Below are positions 48,757 through 60,688 of a stretch of 64,000 bases of DNA, one piece after another. Both the position numbers and the translations under genes were made by a program. The notes under the pieces were generated by a model. The model saw nothing but the letters and a program-made list of their open reading frames with translations, was not told the DNA's origin and searched no databases. The DNA is from Lingula anatina (lineage: Eukaryota; Animalia; Brachiopoda), in the NCBI GenBank assembly GCA_051362555.1, contig CM120645.1, forward strand, positions 16,368,001 to 16,432,000, read 5' to 3'. The number at the start of each line of letters is the position of its first letter. Positions within the stretch are counted from its first letter, which is position 1.

Positions 48757-50499
48757 AACTTGACTAAACATGTTTTGCTTTGTAACTTGCGTCCTTCAGT
48801 CTTGCTGTTGCGGAAGCGCCGGCGGGACATATCTCCACCTTGCCGATATTTATCCCGACTCTCGACTTTAAAAGTATTATTGGTTTTGATTTTGTCAAAG
48901 TCTTATTATATCAGAAAACCTGCATATTTTCATACGTTAAGAGAATTATAGAAACTGTAGAAAAAGCTACTCGTACATCAGGGATAAAAAACAACACCTT
49001 GCAGCACTATTACCTATTATTCATCACCAGAAGTTACTGTTTCACTTTTTTCTCCCAAATTACAAAGTCTGATGACAACTGAAAGCCTTTAGCCATACCT
49101 CAGGGCAGTGGGAGATAGTCTGGATTTGATTAAATGTAATAAAAGTATATTTTGAAGAATTTTCCTAGCCTTCGGCAATTTCCGCAAAGCTTCGGCATGC
49201 GCGGCAATACAGAGCTGTCGATATCTCAGTGCGTGAGTAATAGAATTGGTGGAACAACGGTTAACGTCGTTGAGTCGTCTGCAACCTACCCGACTGGAGT
49301 TCGTGTCCCTGTTGGTACTTTTGAAGATTTTGAAATTGTCATTATTATAAATATCTATTAATATATAAAACAGTCGTGGCCAATTGTTTTTGCAACGGAA
49401 AGCACAGTAGGAAGGTTTGTTGTTATTGTTAAAATTATTATTACTGGGGACATAAATTAGTATGCTAATCTCTTATAATGGTATAATGATTGATACGATG
49501 GGTATCATATAGTTTTCCTTTGATATAAACAACAAAAGAGCGGCCTTCCAAATATCTTTGCTGAATGTTTATAACGTAGGTACTATTATGCGCAAAAATA
49601 TTGATACATGACGCAAACGACATTTACTAATTTTGGTAATATCAATTTTAATTAAAATTAAATTTAATTGAAATTAAAATTAAAATTTGTCTAAACGTGC
49701 ATATTACCATTCACCTTGTTTAAAGGGTTCGCAACACTTTACATTCTAATACATTTTGCCAATTTTCATGTTTGCTAGTTTATTTTGATTTGAGAGAAAG
49801 CGAGAGAAGACCCTCTACTAGGGCCGCAAATTAATTATGAGTATTTTTCTTCAGTGCAAGAGACTGTGTAATGAAAAATCAATCTGTAACTCTGGTATAG
49901 GGTGGCCTTGTGTGTGAAATAATATACAAATAGGGGCAGGGGTACAGTTTTATAGTACAAATAGTCATTTTATACATCTTATTGATCTCATCGTCGGGTC
50001 ATTGTTTACAATAGCGCTTTGTCGCTGTGCGTACCTTTTTGCATTTGAGTTAGACTCAGTCAGTAACAGCTGGTAATTTTGTCTTTTTTGCGTTTCATTG
50101 ACAATATTTTGGCCACCTAAGTAGGGAAATGTGGCTCTTTGTTTTGAAATGACATTTCCATTGTTCCTTTGAACATGCAAAAGTCAACACACTTACAGGT
50201 ACGTCAACATACTTACTTCGTAATACCAACCCAGGGGAAGAAACAAAAGCCTCATAAGGTGTCGTCATTCACACTGTAAAAGGTGTTAATATCATGCTTC
50301 TATTGTTTGCCCATGAATCATTATGACAAATTTGTAGGGTTGCCAGTTCACTGGCGCTTCATTCAATTCTTTATATCTGCCCTGCAGCCTGGGATGAGTG
50401 ATACTTGACTGACCTTTGTTTACATCTGGAGATTTTCTTTATAATTCGATCAGTGTGCATAAATTATGATATTTTCCATCAGGAAAAATACGTGATAAT

Positions 50500-51575
50500 G
50501 TTACGATTCTTATTTTACGGATACATAATTACAAAAATTAATTCCTGATTTAATACCCCCTATTTCAGCGCCTATTCCTGGCTGCGTTAATTATGGGGGG
50601 TTGGAAAGTAATCCGTTAGAACGCAGGAGTGATGATTGCTACTCTTACCAACGGTGCATCACCGATCAACTAATCTCAGCCACCTGAAGCAGAATCACCA
50701 ACAAAAGACAAATTGGACTACATCTGCCTTCTTGTTGAGACATCTTATGTAAAAAAGGCGATAACGGTCAAAACATACGTGCTTCGTGGTTTATTAAATG
50801 TTCATCGTATTTTTTCGTTCGTTATTCTTATGAGTTAAGCAGCTTCACCTCCGTGGCACCCTTTTTATTTATTTAAACCATTGTTAGATAAACCATGGGT
50901 TTCACTCCAGATTTCACGATCGAGCAGCTGATCATGAGGAGAGTGTAGCATGCTATAGTAAACTACCCCAAATATATATACAACACCTCCAGGGTTTCAC
51001 GATCGAGCAAGTGATCATGAGGAGAGAGTGTAGCAGAGAACTTCATTAATGGTCGTCATAATTGGTGGTTGCCTTGGGAAAATGAGTTACATGATTACAT
51101 AATACAGATACATAATAACATAAGATTAATACTAAAATTTTCCCTGATACAAAAACCCCTATTTGAGCGCTTATTCCTGACTGCGTTAATTACGGGTGAT
51201 TAGAAAGTAATCTATGAGGACGCAGGAGCGATGATCGCTACTCTTACCAACGGTAAATCACCAATTTACTTGACTCCGCTACTTCGAGCAAAATCACACA
51301 CCACCAAAAGACAAATTAGACCACGTTCGTCCTCTTATTAAAACAAAGAATGTAAAAATGTGAAGTCGGTCAAAGAAGAGGCCTAGACTACGTGCTTCAT
51401 GGTTTATTAGATAGGCCTATTCATTGGATTTTTTTATTTCATTATTATAGCTTCACCTCGCGAGACCCTTTTTTATATATTTAAAACACAGCACCCCACT
51501 GGTTTCGCGATCATGAAGAAAGGGAGTGTAGCAAAGAACCTCATTAATGGTCGTAATAATAGGTGGTTGCATTGT
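50500..51575. repeat. Diverged tandem duplication, ~600-bp unit, about 1.8 copies
   Basis: CCCCTATTT...TATTCCTG...CTGCGTTAATTA...GCTACTCTTACCAACGGT at ~50557 and ~51157. Confidence 0.8.
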
Positions 51576-52788
51576 AGGCCTAACCTTGTTCATTTTAGTC
51601 GACAGACTAAGCTAGAAGAAAGAAAAGATCATTATCGCCTCTCTTTACTTAGGAACAATAAGGATGGCTAGTGGCAGCATTTATAAGTTCTTTTATTTAG
51701 AAACTTTCCGATCCTTTGTCTGGGACTGCGTCCGAGAAACGGCGATAACGACAGAGACGTCCTCGAACATTTTGGACTCAGTGCAAATAAAAAAAAAATC
51801 CGTTAAGAAGTAGCCTTTAAATGTCCTGGCAAATAATTTTGCGATGGCTCAGAGAGTTCTAGAATGAATGACAAGCAACGACATTAAGGTTAATAATAGA
51901 CTAAAAACTATCAGAGTGTAGGCCTGTCTTACTTCATTTCTAAGGTCATCTTGTGATACGAGTCATGCTACACTACAAAAGAGGGGGTAGCAGTGGATGA
52001 TTTAATACAGGGATACCATCGATAGTATATCAATAGAAAATCGCAATCCTCAAATGTTTTTAATTCATTAAATATAAACGGTCTTTTCTCGTACAATGGG
52101 TCTGGTATAGTTGTATTGGCCTATGAGTTGGAAACACGTGGTTCGTCTACAATTGCAAATGGCGGAGGTGCCGTGGTAGTTATTGTCGTAAAATTAGCTG
52201 GATACGGTGCACGTGAGAAAATAATTCATTAAATTTAGTTTTCGAGCGTCAGCTTAATCTGGTAAAATGCGAGACGAAAAAAATGATAGATAGAGCCTTA
52301 TGACCCACTGTAGAATGATGCCGAATAATACATCAACGACGTAGTTTATCGGCAGATAAACGTGTTTCCATTCTCGGCTGACTGAGGAAAGGTTTGAAAG
52401 AGCATTTAAAGAAGAGGCGGTCGAACCAATAGTGAGTAGGAAGTGTGCTGCAATCAAGACGAACAATACCGATCATAAGTGGACAGCTAATAACCCCTTA
52501 TTAACCCCGGGTTACGCGCTGCTGTGTTGACTCCTTGCTGGGAAGGGGTAGCGGCCTCCTACTGCTGTGCGTAATCAAACATTGTCTTCTAACATGCGGC
52601 TACACGACGGTTGCATTGTATTAATAAAGTAATACCTATTCATAAGGAAGGGGGCGGATGGTAATCTTACGAGAATTAAATCAGTTATCGATCATACGCG
52701 TACCAATAGTCGTGTTTTTTTTTTAGCTATAACTTCAACCCTCGAGGTTTCAATATGTCAATTAAGTTAATTTAATTTTTTTTTTTTA

Positions 52789-52852
52789 CCAAGTGACCTA
52801 ATTTGCACTTGGATAAAGTCGACTGACAAAACAATGGAAATCTTGAGCAAGT
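52789..52852 (-). repeat. Inverted fragment of the duplication-array unit
   Basis: Reverse complement matches 39035-39095 (TTTCCATTGTTTTGTCAGTC...TCCAAGTG...GGTCACTTGGT). Confidence 0.7.
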
Positions 52853-53654
52853 ACAAAAAGGAAAATCGGTCTTTCAAATTTCTCCTTTTACCCGAGCACT
52901 CACAAACACCGTTTTATTGTCAATTTTAGTACACCATTAAGTACTCCAAGTATCGGCCAGAGATTTCCCTTAAAACCCTTAGTTCAGATTTTATAGTTGA
53001 TAAAGCAAATAATGTCTTTGTTTTATGAAAATATGTAGTAGGGGGCTCATAATTCCATACTAAAAGGCATTTAAACCACAATGACGGCACGCTTGTGGTC
53101 AACAGTGACAATATTCGTGATAAATTCATGGTCAGGCAAGAAGTTACGCCCCATACCGATTATTATGTCACCTCAAAATAGAAAGGTGTTAAATTGACGA
53201 TAAAACTTTTAGTTGTCTATGCTTATATATTGCAACGAAAGATAAACGTCGATATTATAGATTTTGTGTTGGGGGTGATCGGCCCATGCCCTAGATGAAT
53301 TCCACTTTACCAAAATAACACGATTTAGAGGCTGGGTCTCTGAGGACGTGTGTTTTGACAGCGCCCCTTGCAGCGTTAAAGGCGGCTTTTAGATTGTGTT
53401 AGGCTTCTCGCCTTTATTATGATAAGGTTGGTGTCTCGCCTACCTAGCATGAGATTTAGACAGTGGTATACCGCGATACCGACATATACAGACTTGACAT
53501 TCAATATGGAATATTTCAGTTTTGAAGGTATGCCTAGGTAAAATGAGTTCTTTTTTCAAAGAACTCCTATCTCATATAAGATATGTGAATGGAGAAGTAT
53601 GTAGTCAGGTGCGTTGCTACTAATTAAATGAATACCAGGTTTGTTGCGTTGCTG

Positions 53655-54690
53655 CATTACGTAATATGCTGTAATTTAATTGGTTAGTGATCGTTTGGGC
53701 AGGTCAAAACTTGGCTTTGGCAAAGCATGGTTCTGTCAAAAACGTATTCATATGTCGGCAACTACTGCATAGAATAATTTGAAATTTTGCATGCGTGTGG
53801 TCGGTTTTGCAGTGTGTAAAATAAACTATACAGTGCTTTACACTTTTGTTATTATGTGGCAGAATGGCACGGAAAAGACAGACATTGCCAGACAGATAAT
53901 TGCGCCAAACGAAACGGTCTGCACAGTATTAAAGAATAATTTCCAGACTGATGTACCTACACAGAGGCCACGCCCAACGTATTAAAATCTTGCCACCGGG
54001 GTACAAGACCCACTGTCTTTCGTGATACGCTGTTGCAACTAAACAAAAAACACTCAGTCCGTTTAGAAGAAGGGGTAAATTGCTACCAAAACGCATTTTT
54101 CAACACCCTTAGCAAACACCATACTTGGTTTTTTAGCAGGTTAGAATACCAAACGACCTCCGAGGGACCCGATGTAAACAGGATAACATCGTTGTATGTT
54201 TGTCAAATGAATTGGGGACCTTGGCCGTTTCTGGGTTGAACACTGAAACCTCGTTGCTTTCTTTATTGAGGTCAGATTTAACCTGTACCGCTCAACTAGT
54301 CAAAATAGAGTTTAAAGACATCCAGAAGAGGCCAGCGACGAAGCGTGTACCGCGTCTAAAGTGACTTAGACCCCATTCCCAGAGATTGGATCGATCTACT
54401 TTAGATCGACCTAACTCCCTGGGGGTTCACGCTAAATAGCTGTCAGTCGAGCGGACACGAAAGTTATTTACCCTCTTACAGCTTGTAGTAGGCGGGACGG
54501 ACATTTAAGCCGGATTATCTGACAGTAATCTAGTGAGACTCCCCGCGGGGATAGATCGATCTAAAAGCTCTGAAAATACAGCCTAAGGTCATTAACAGCG
54601 TCAGTATTTGGGATGGATACGACATTGGTGCCAAAACATCAATGGTTGTCATCGACGAAAACCTGAACCAGATCAAATAAAGGAATAATG
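53655..54690 (+). pseudogene. Highly decayed Tc1 relic related to 20495-21270, interrupted by MITE copy 2
   Basis: Collinear matches TTACGTAATATG, CAGAATGG...ATTGCCAGACAG and GCCAAAACA...GACG-AAA...AACCAGAT with the 20.5-21.3 kb Tc1. Confidence 0.65.
54369..54583 (+). mobile_element. ~215-bp MITE-like repeat, copy 2
   Basis: Homologous to 8280-8482; TA-flanked. Confidence 0.8.
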
Positions 54691-55009
54691 TAGGAACCAC
54701 TTGGCTACAATTTGATAGGGGGCAACTTAGGAACAATGTTAGGTTGCATGGTGAGATTGTCGGTCCACACATAGCAATTTTCATAGCAGATTACTTACAG
54801 TAATAAGGTAACGTGCAGCTACCTTGGTCATCAAAATCGCCATATTTGAACCACATAGGCAATATTTGGGTAGCTTCTCCGGCGAATTCCATTTATGAAT
54901 GACATCGAAGAGATAATTAAATTTTATTAAAACACGATTTTAATCCTTATTTTCATCTATCAGTCAGCAAATAAGGGAAAAAAACTGATGAAAAATAATT
55001 TGGAAAAAA

Positions 55010-55294
55010 TATCAGCTGCCATCATTTGCATAAAAAAACGTACGTCCAAGTTGCTTTTGCAGCGGCACATCCAGGTGTGCTTTGAAAAGGTGAAATTATA
55101 TATCTATTTTGTTTACTGTGGGCGTTGTCGTTGTCGAGAAAGAGGGATCTCCGGAGGGGACAACATTACCAAAGTTAGCTGCCGTATCGGCTTATTAGCG
55201 TCTGCAAACAAGATCCGTTAAGCTTTTGTATTAGTTACCAACAGGCAGGTGAGTATACGTGCTTCGAATGGCGTTAATTTAAAAGGGTTGGTAG
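55010..55294. repeat. Dispersed B-type unit of the duplication array; Gypsy target site (continues at 63514-63538)
   Basis: Matches 43390-43672; the right flank GTAGGCATATTTCGTCGCTTATATAC matches 43669-43694. Confidence 0.85.
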
Positions 55295-55575
55295 TATAGA
55301 AATCCCTTACGCTAATCAACTCTAGCTCCGGATATTTCTACTAATATTCTGCTTACCTTAGCAGTAACGAAATCCCTTTCCTATAGATAACCACTAGAAA
55401 TCAGGATTCCAACCTCTCTCTCTATCTTGAGTCACAGATATGGCGTCGCCCTTTGTTCTCAGTGCTCCTCGCTGTAACCCACTCCTTACAGCTATCGAGT
55501 TACTCGCAAACTGACACTCAGCCTCGACTCGGATCGAGGCCAAGACAAGCCAAACACCGATGCCGGATCACTACA
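55295..55575 (-). repeat. 3' LTR
   Basis: Identical to 63233-63513 except for 2 substitutions seen by eye. Confidence 0.95.
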
Positions 55576-55586
55576 CTCCTCCCCAC
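55576..55586 (-). other. Polypurine tract
   Basis: Minus strand GTGGGGAGGAG directly before the TGTAG start of the 3' LTR. Confidence 0.85.
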
Positions 55587-55915
55587 TTTATCTGGATTGG
55601 AGGTAGTCATTACAATCCGACACCAACAACACACTCTTACGATCCTTGTATCACTACTCGATCAGCCCATGCTGACCCAGCCAAGGACCTCCCACTCTAT
55701 TCTCTCTACCAGATTTCTTGTCGCTTCTCGATCAGCCCCAGCTGACCAGCCAAGGAATCAATATACGGTACTCATCACTAGGAATACTCCTTCCCAGCAT
55801 CTACTCCTGACCAGGTCATACCTCTCCTGGCCAGCGTCGTGGTGCACTGAAAATTGAGCCCCCACTGGTCTAACCAGCGCTCATTCTCCTCAGTCCTCTT
55901 GAGGATATTTTCTTA

Positions 55916-56130
55916 GGCTCTGTTCTCACAACTTTTAGATCGATCTATCACCGCGGGGAGTCTCACTAGATTACTGTCAGATAATCCCCCTTAAGTGTCC
56001 GTCCCCGCCTACTACAAGCTTTAAGGGGTAATTAACTTTCGTGTCCGCCCGGCTGACAGCTATTTAGCGTGAACCCCCAGGGAGTTAGGTCGATCCAATG
56101 TAGGTCGATCTAATCTATGAGAATGGGGTG
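55916..56130 (-). mobile_element. MITE-like repeat, copy 3, inside the Gypsy 3' UTR
   Basis: Reverse complement of 54369-54583; TA-flanked. Confidence 0.8.
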
Positions 56131-56155
56131 TAACTCTCCACCACGAATCTTGACC

Positions 56156-56716
56156 TTAACCCTTCCCAGGGTCATGGCCTGGACGCACCAATCGACGTGT
56201 GCAATCCTCACACTTATACTTCTTTATCGAGAGGGCGTCAGACGCAGTAATGTTAAAACAAGACCCATGATACCATTCACTACAATAATCGCACTGTATC
56301 ATAAATCGGCCATGCCATTTCTGTCTACAGTTACAATACACTCTGTCATCCCCCTTGACTGTAGAGTCAACCACAGGATTTTTTCTCAATTGCTGGATCC
56401 ACAGAGGTATCCCACTGTCTCGACAAGGTTTTAACCTGTCATGATTGGCCACGAACACCGCATTTCTTACCTTCACCCGGTATAAATACGAGCTCAGCCT
56501 CTCCACGATGACTCCCGGACCCTTCCACGGGGGACATAGTTTCTTACACTTCCCCCGGCCCCCGGCCGCATCCAGTATGTAAACTGAATCCCCGACCGCA
56601 TAAGTGCGCTCCAAAATCCTCAGGTCGTAATCTCTCTTCATACGCTTAGAAGATACTTTGAGCTTACCTAGGGCCGTCTCGTGCGCCTTCTGTAGGTCTG
56701 CTTCTAACTCAGCCAC
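56156..56716 (-). CDS. Gypsy integrase C-terminus (GPY/F-like region) plus PHD finger
   Basis: KKLCPPWKGP...ANHDRLKP followed by C4HC3 VYCNCRQKWHGRFMIQCDYCSEWYHGSC...YKCEDC; frameshifted from the integrase core. Confidence 0.9.
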   Translation of the reverse strand: MAELEADLQKAHETALGKLKVSSKRMKRDYDLRILERTYAVGDSVYILDAAGGRGKCKKLCPPWKGPGVIVERLSSYLYRVKVRNAVFVANHDRLKPCRDSGIPLWIQQLRKNPVVDSTVKGDDRVYCNCRQKWHGRFMIQCDYCSEWYHGSCFNITASDALSIKKYKCEDCTRRLVRPGHDPGKG

Positions 56717-56729
56717 ATACCCCTCGGTA

Positions 56730-57524
56730 CTACTCGGCTCTCTTCCCTTCCATTATTCCAGCAGGAGTGTTGACTTCCCTGCCCAACATCAGCTTATTAG
56801 CCGTAAAACCTGTCATCCTGTTGACCGATGACCTGAGAGCCCCGGCAATTTGCTGTAGATGAAGATCCCACTGGTTTTGAATTCTCTCTGTAAAGCAACG
56901 CACTGCGTCCATCAATGTCCGATTGTACCTCTCAATCTGACCATTGGAAGATGGGCGATAGGGTGTCGTCCGTGCTTTATGGATATCCAATATCCTACAC
57001 ACCTCAGTGAACAGCTTCGAATCAAAATTTCTTCCTTGATCCGTGTATATTTCAAACGGTACCCCAAACCGTGAGAAAAACTGTTCGACTGCCGCCTGCG
57101 CTGTCTCCTCGGCAGACTGCGATGGAAACGGGATGCACTCCACCCACTTGGTAAACTGGTCAACCATCATGAGTATGTACTCATTTCCCCTGGTGCTCTT
57201 CGGTAGAGGACCCAGAAAATCCAAGTGTACACGTTCCATAGGTTCTCCAGCCTGGAACTCGGTTAAAGCACCCCGGCCATGTCTTGCCGACTTTTTATTC
57301 TGATTGCAACTTGCGCAGCCTCGCACAAGTTTATCCACGTCTCGGCCTAACTTGTGCCAATAAAAACGTTCTCGAAGTCTCTCTTTAGTCCTAGAGACTC
57401 CCTGATGTCCTGCTGATGGTAAACAGTGGTGTAACTCGATTGCCTTAACTCGCAATCCATGTGGAAGCACTAACTTCTTATCGTCAGTCTTCGGATCTGA
57501 CCAATACAATACACCATCAATCAT
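56730..57524 (-). CDS. Gypsy integrase (HHCC zinc finger and DDE core)
   Basis: HHCLPSAGHQG...CASC; VHLDFLGP, YTDQGRNF, NGQIERYN. Confidence 0.95.
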   Translation of the reverse strand: MIDGVLYWSDPKTDDKKLVLPHGLRVKAIELHHCLPSAGHQGVSRTKERLRERFYWHKLGRDVDKLVRGCASCNQNKKSARHGRGALTEFQAGEPMERVHLDFLGPLPKSTRGNEYILMMVDQFTKWVECIPFPSQSAEETAQAAVEQFFSRFGVPFEIYTDQGRNFDSKLFTEVCRILDIHKARTTPYRPSSNGQIERYNRTLMDAVRCFTERIQNQWDLHLQQIAGALRSSVNRMTGFTANKLMLGREVNTPAGIMEGKRAE

Positions 57525-58555
57525 TACAAACTCTCTCTATCCAGCCAATAAGACTTTAACTCCTGGCTCCCTCTGAATAGAGTAGACTGATTTGGAATAA
57601 TGGCGTTGTCCACATACTCCCTGATCAGATTCACATCATGATCCGCTTTCTGTGCCGCTTTCACCTCTTCCACTGAATACCCCCAACTGCGCAGCCCTGA
57701 GGTACTCTTACTCTCAGCCTTCACAGTTGATCTCGACTCTGTACTATTAGAGCCCACTTCAGCTGGTCTGGACTCTACATCCTTAGAGTCCACTTCAGTT
57801 AATCTCGACTCTACACCAGTAGAGCCCACTTCAGTTGATCTCGACTCTGCACCAGTAAAGCCCACCTCCGTTGAACTCGACTCTACACCAGTAGAGCCCA
57901 CTTCAGGCGTTCTTTTCATCTTTTTAGCCTGCCGACGAGTGGTGACCACATTAACTCGGACCGATTTCCCTGGGTCCCATGGGATATTCTCGATCACCTC
58001 TCTCAACATCTGGTACTCAGGCATCTCTTCCACCTTTTCATCAGGCGAGGTATCTACCACTGGCCCCAATACCTCCGGTTCTGAAAACTCCCTCACTAAG
58101 TCAACCATAACAGTGTTTACCGTCTTGCCACTGTTACTCTGTCGGTTACTTGAGGTTTCATCGCTTTCGACGCTCCTGGTACCCCCTTGGTTTTCCCTTC
58201 GGATCACCAATGGCACCACATCAGCAACCTCCTCCTCAAACCTGGCCCAGTTTGAGTGAGCACGTTTACAATATTCACATCCTCCACAGGGTAGATCTCC
58301 AAGGCGCACCCCTGTCCCAAACGTTAAACACTGCCCCGTGTGTCCAGCTCTTGACAGTGCATCCGCGTTTGCATGAAGTCGCCCTGCCCGATGTGATAGA
58401 ACCATGTTGAACTGCGACAGCTCCTCTAACCATAGCGCCAACTGACCCTGCGGCTCCTTGAACCTCATTAACCAACGCAAGCTTGAGTGGTCGGTTCTCA
58501 CCATGAATGGCCTCCCCAGGAGATAGTGTCTATACTGCCTGGTGAAACGTACACT
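57524..58555 (-). pseudogene. End of RNase H and repetitive linker of pol
   Basis: YRHYLLGRPFMVRTDHSSLRWL...HANADALSR, CGGCEYC, then 10-aa repeats (STEVGSTGVE). Most of RNase H is missing upstream. Confidence 0.85.
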
Positions 58556-60688
58556 GAAAATTGTTCTTACCAGTCATGGCATACAGTGGAGCAGCGAGTT
58601 TGGAAAAGTCCTTGATAAACGCCCTGTGGTAGTTTGCTAGGCCCATAAATTTCTCAACATCCTTTCCACATGTTGGCATCGGCCAATCTCTGAACCACCT
58701 GGATATCATGCTCCGACATGGCTAAGGTGTCACCAGTCACTACTCGACCTAGAAACTCGATCTTTCTTTGGAAGAAAGAACACTTCTTTGGCTTAAACTT
58801 AAGCCCATACGCTCTAAACCTCATTAGAGCCTCACGCAGATTCTGCAGATGAATCTCGAAACTCGCACCCAGCACCACTATATCGTCCAGAAACGCCAGC
58901 ACCGTCTTCCATGATAAACCTCGAAAGACCAAAATTCATAATTCTGGCATAGGTAGCTGGTGCCCCACAAAGACCAAACGCCATGCGAATGTGTTCATAC
59001 AATCCATACTTTGTTATGAACGCGGTCTTCTTTCTATCCTCCTCTCGAATGGGTACCTGCCAATAAGCTGAGTTTGCATCCAACTTACTAAAGAAAACGC
59101 TACCCGACAAGGTATCCAAACAATTGTTCACCAGTGGCAGTGGGAATACATCTTTAGTGGTAACTTCATTCAAAGCACGGTAGTCAATGCAGTAACGGAC
59201 GCTACCATCTTTTTTACGAATTAACACCGGCGCTGACGCCCAATCCGATGTAGATTCTTGTATTACCCCTGCTTGGATCATTTTCTGCAGATGAGCCTCC
59301 TCCTCATTAGCAAAACACACTGGTGTACGCCGCATCCTCTGCTTGATCGGCCTTGCTTGCCCCGTGTCAATAGTATGTTCTAAGGCAGTAAAATTACCTA
59401 AGTCAAACTCACTTTGGGCAAACACATCTTGAAACTCGGTCAGTACTTGACCCAGTTGAGCTTGCTGATCCTCGCTCAACTCTGTACTCGATTCCTCGAA
59501 CACCTTCTGTAAATGTTGAGGAACCACTGGCCTTTCTTCACCCTCGCCTTCGGCTGGTCTCACCTCAGGCCTCCGCGGTGCAGGAATAGAGTAATTTACT
59601 CTCACCACATCCTCTTCAGTTTGACTCGATGTCGTACTAGACACCCTCGACTCAGTCGAAACTGAACCACATTGCACATTTTCATCAAATGCTTGTCCAG
59701 ACGTCACGACTTTTTCATAAGAAAAAGCCCTCCCAATTTCTGACCCCTTCCGTAGCAGCTTATACCTGTCACTTGGGTTAATCAGCACCATAATAGGGTC
59801 ACTCCCCCTATTACGTATAACCCTTGGAACCAAGAAATGACACGCGCCCCTCTCCACTGGCTCTATGACATAATCATCGAGGTCCATGTCCATTTTACAT
59901 GCCACTCTGACTACAGAGTTAGGAGGAATTACCCGGCGCTCTGACACCATAACGCGTGCTACCTGGGGAACACCCTTCTCCAGGCAACAATCCAACGTTA
60001 AACTCATGTCATCGAAGTGCAGAATCCCTCTTCCCACATCAATCATGGCTTGACCCCGATCTCTCAATATGTCGACTCCCAGCAACATTTCTTCTTCCAA
60101 AGGAGCCACGTATACTGTTTCCGTATACCACTTGTGCCCAATTTTTAATTTTATCGGACCTGCGATAAAACCCGGCATAGCCATCTTCCGCCCTGCAGCC
60201 CACAACTGCACATCCTTTAATTTTCTCGGCGGATTTTTCAAGCTATTGTAGATACTGTCAGATAAAATGGTGACACGAGCACCGGTATCCACTAATGCCC
60301 TCACTGTTTTATCACCTACTCTGACTTTTAAAGAGTAGTCGGATACGGATCCAATCTGGTTCACATACACCACCTCTGGCTCAGGTGTGCTCTTTTCTGC
60401 TTCAGATCCTTTTTCTTGGGCCTTATCATCAGTTTCTTTGACGTCTGACCTAGCATCGTCTCGGATCGAGGATAGGCCCCCTACCTCGACCGCTTGATGT
60501 TCCCTGCTTTGCCCCTGAGACCTTATCTTGTCTCTTTTCCGAGGCATCTCCCCATCTCGGGCACTCACGGATAAAATGTCCCTTTTCCCGGCATTTAAAA
60601 CAAGTCCCATCCATAGGTCTACTCTCAGACTTGGACCCATTTTCTGCCTTCGGCGACCCACTTTTCTCGATCGCCTTCTTTTTCGCAT
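58556..60688 (-). pseudogene. Gypsy pol: aspartic protease and reverse transcriptase (frameshifted)
   Basis: ALVDTGA; WASAPVLIRKKDGSVRYCIDYRALN; FSKLDANSAYWQV; after a frameshift at ~58932, AFLDDIVV...KKCSFFQRKIEFLG. Confidence 0.95.

Noticed and set aside
49235-49320. tRNA-like A/B-box segment
   Set aside because: No cloverleaf can be folded by eye; at best a decayed SINE head, too weak to annotate.
60450-60688. gag/pol overlap as a programmed frameshift site
   Set aside because: The copy has many indels and no clear slippery site; this cannot be distinguished from decay without intact copies.
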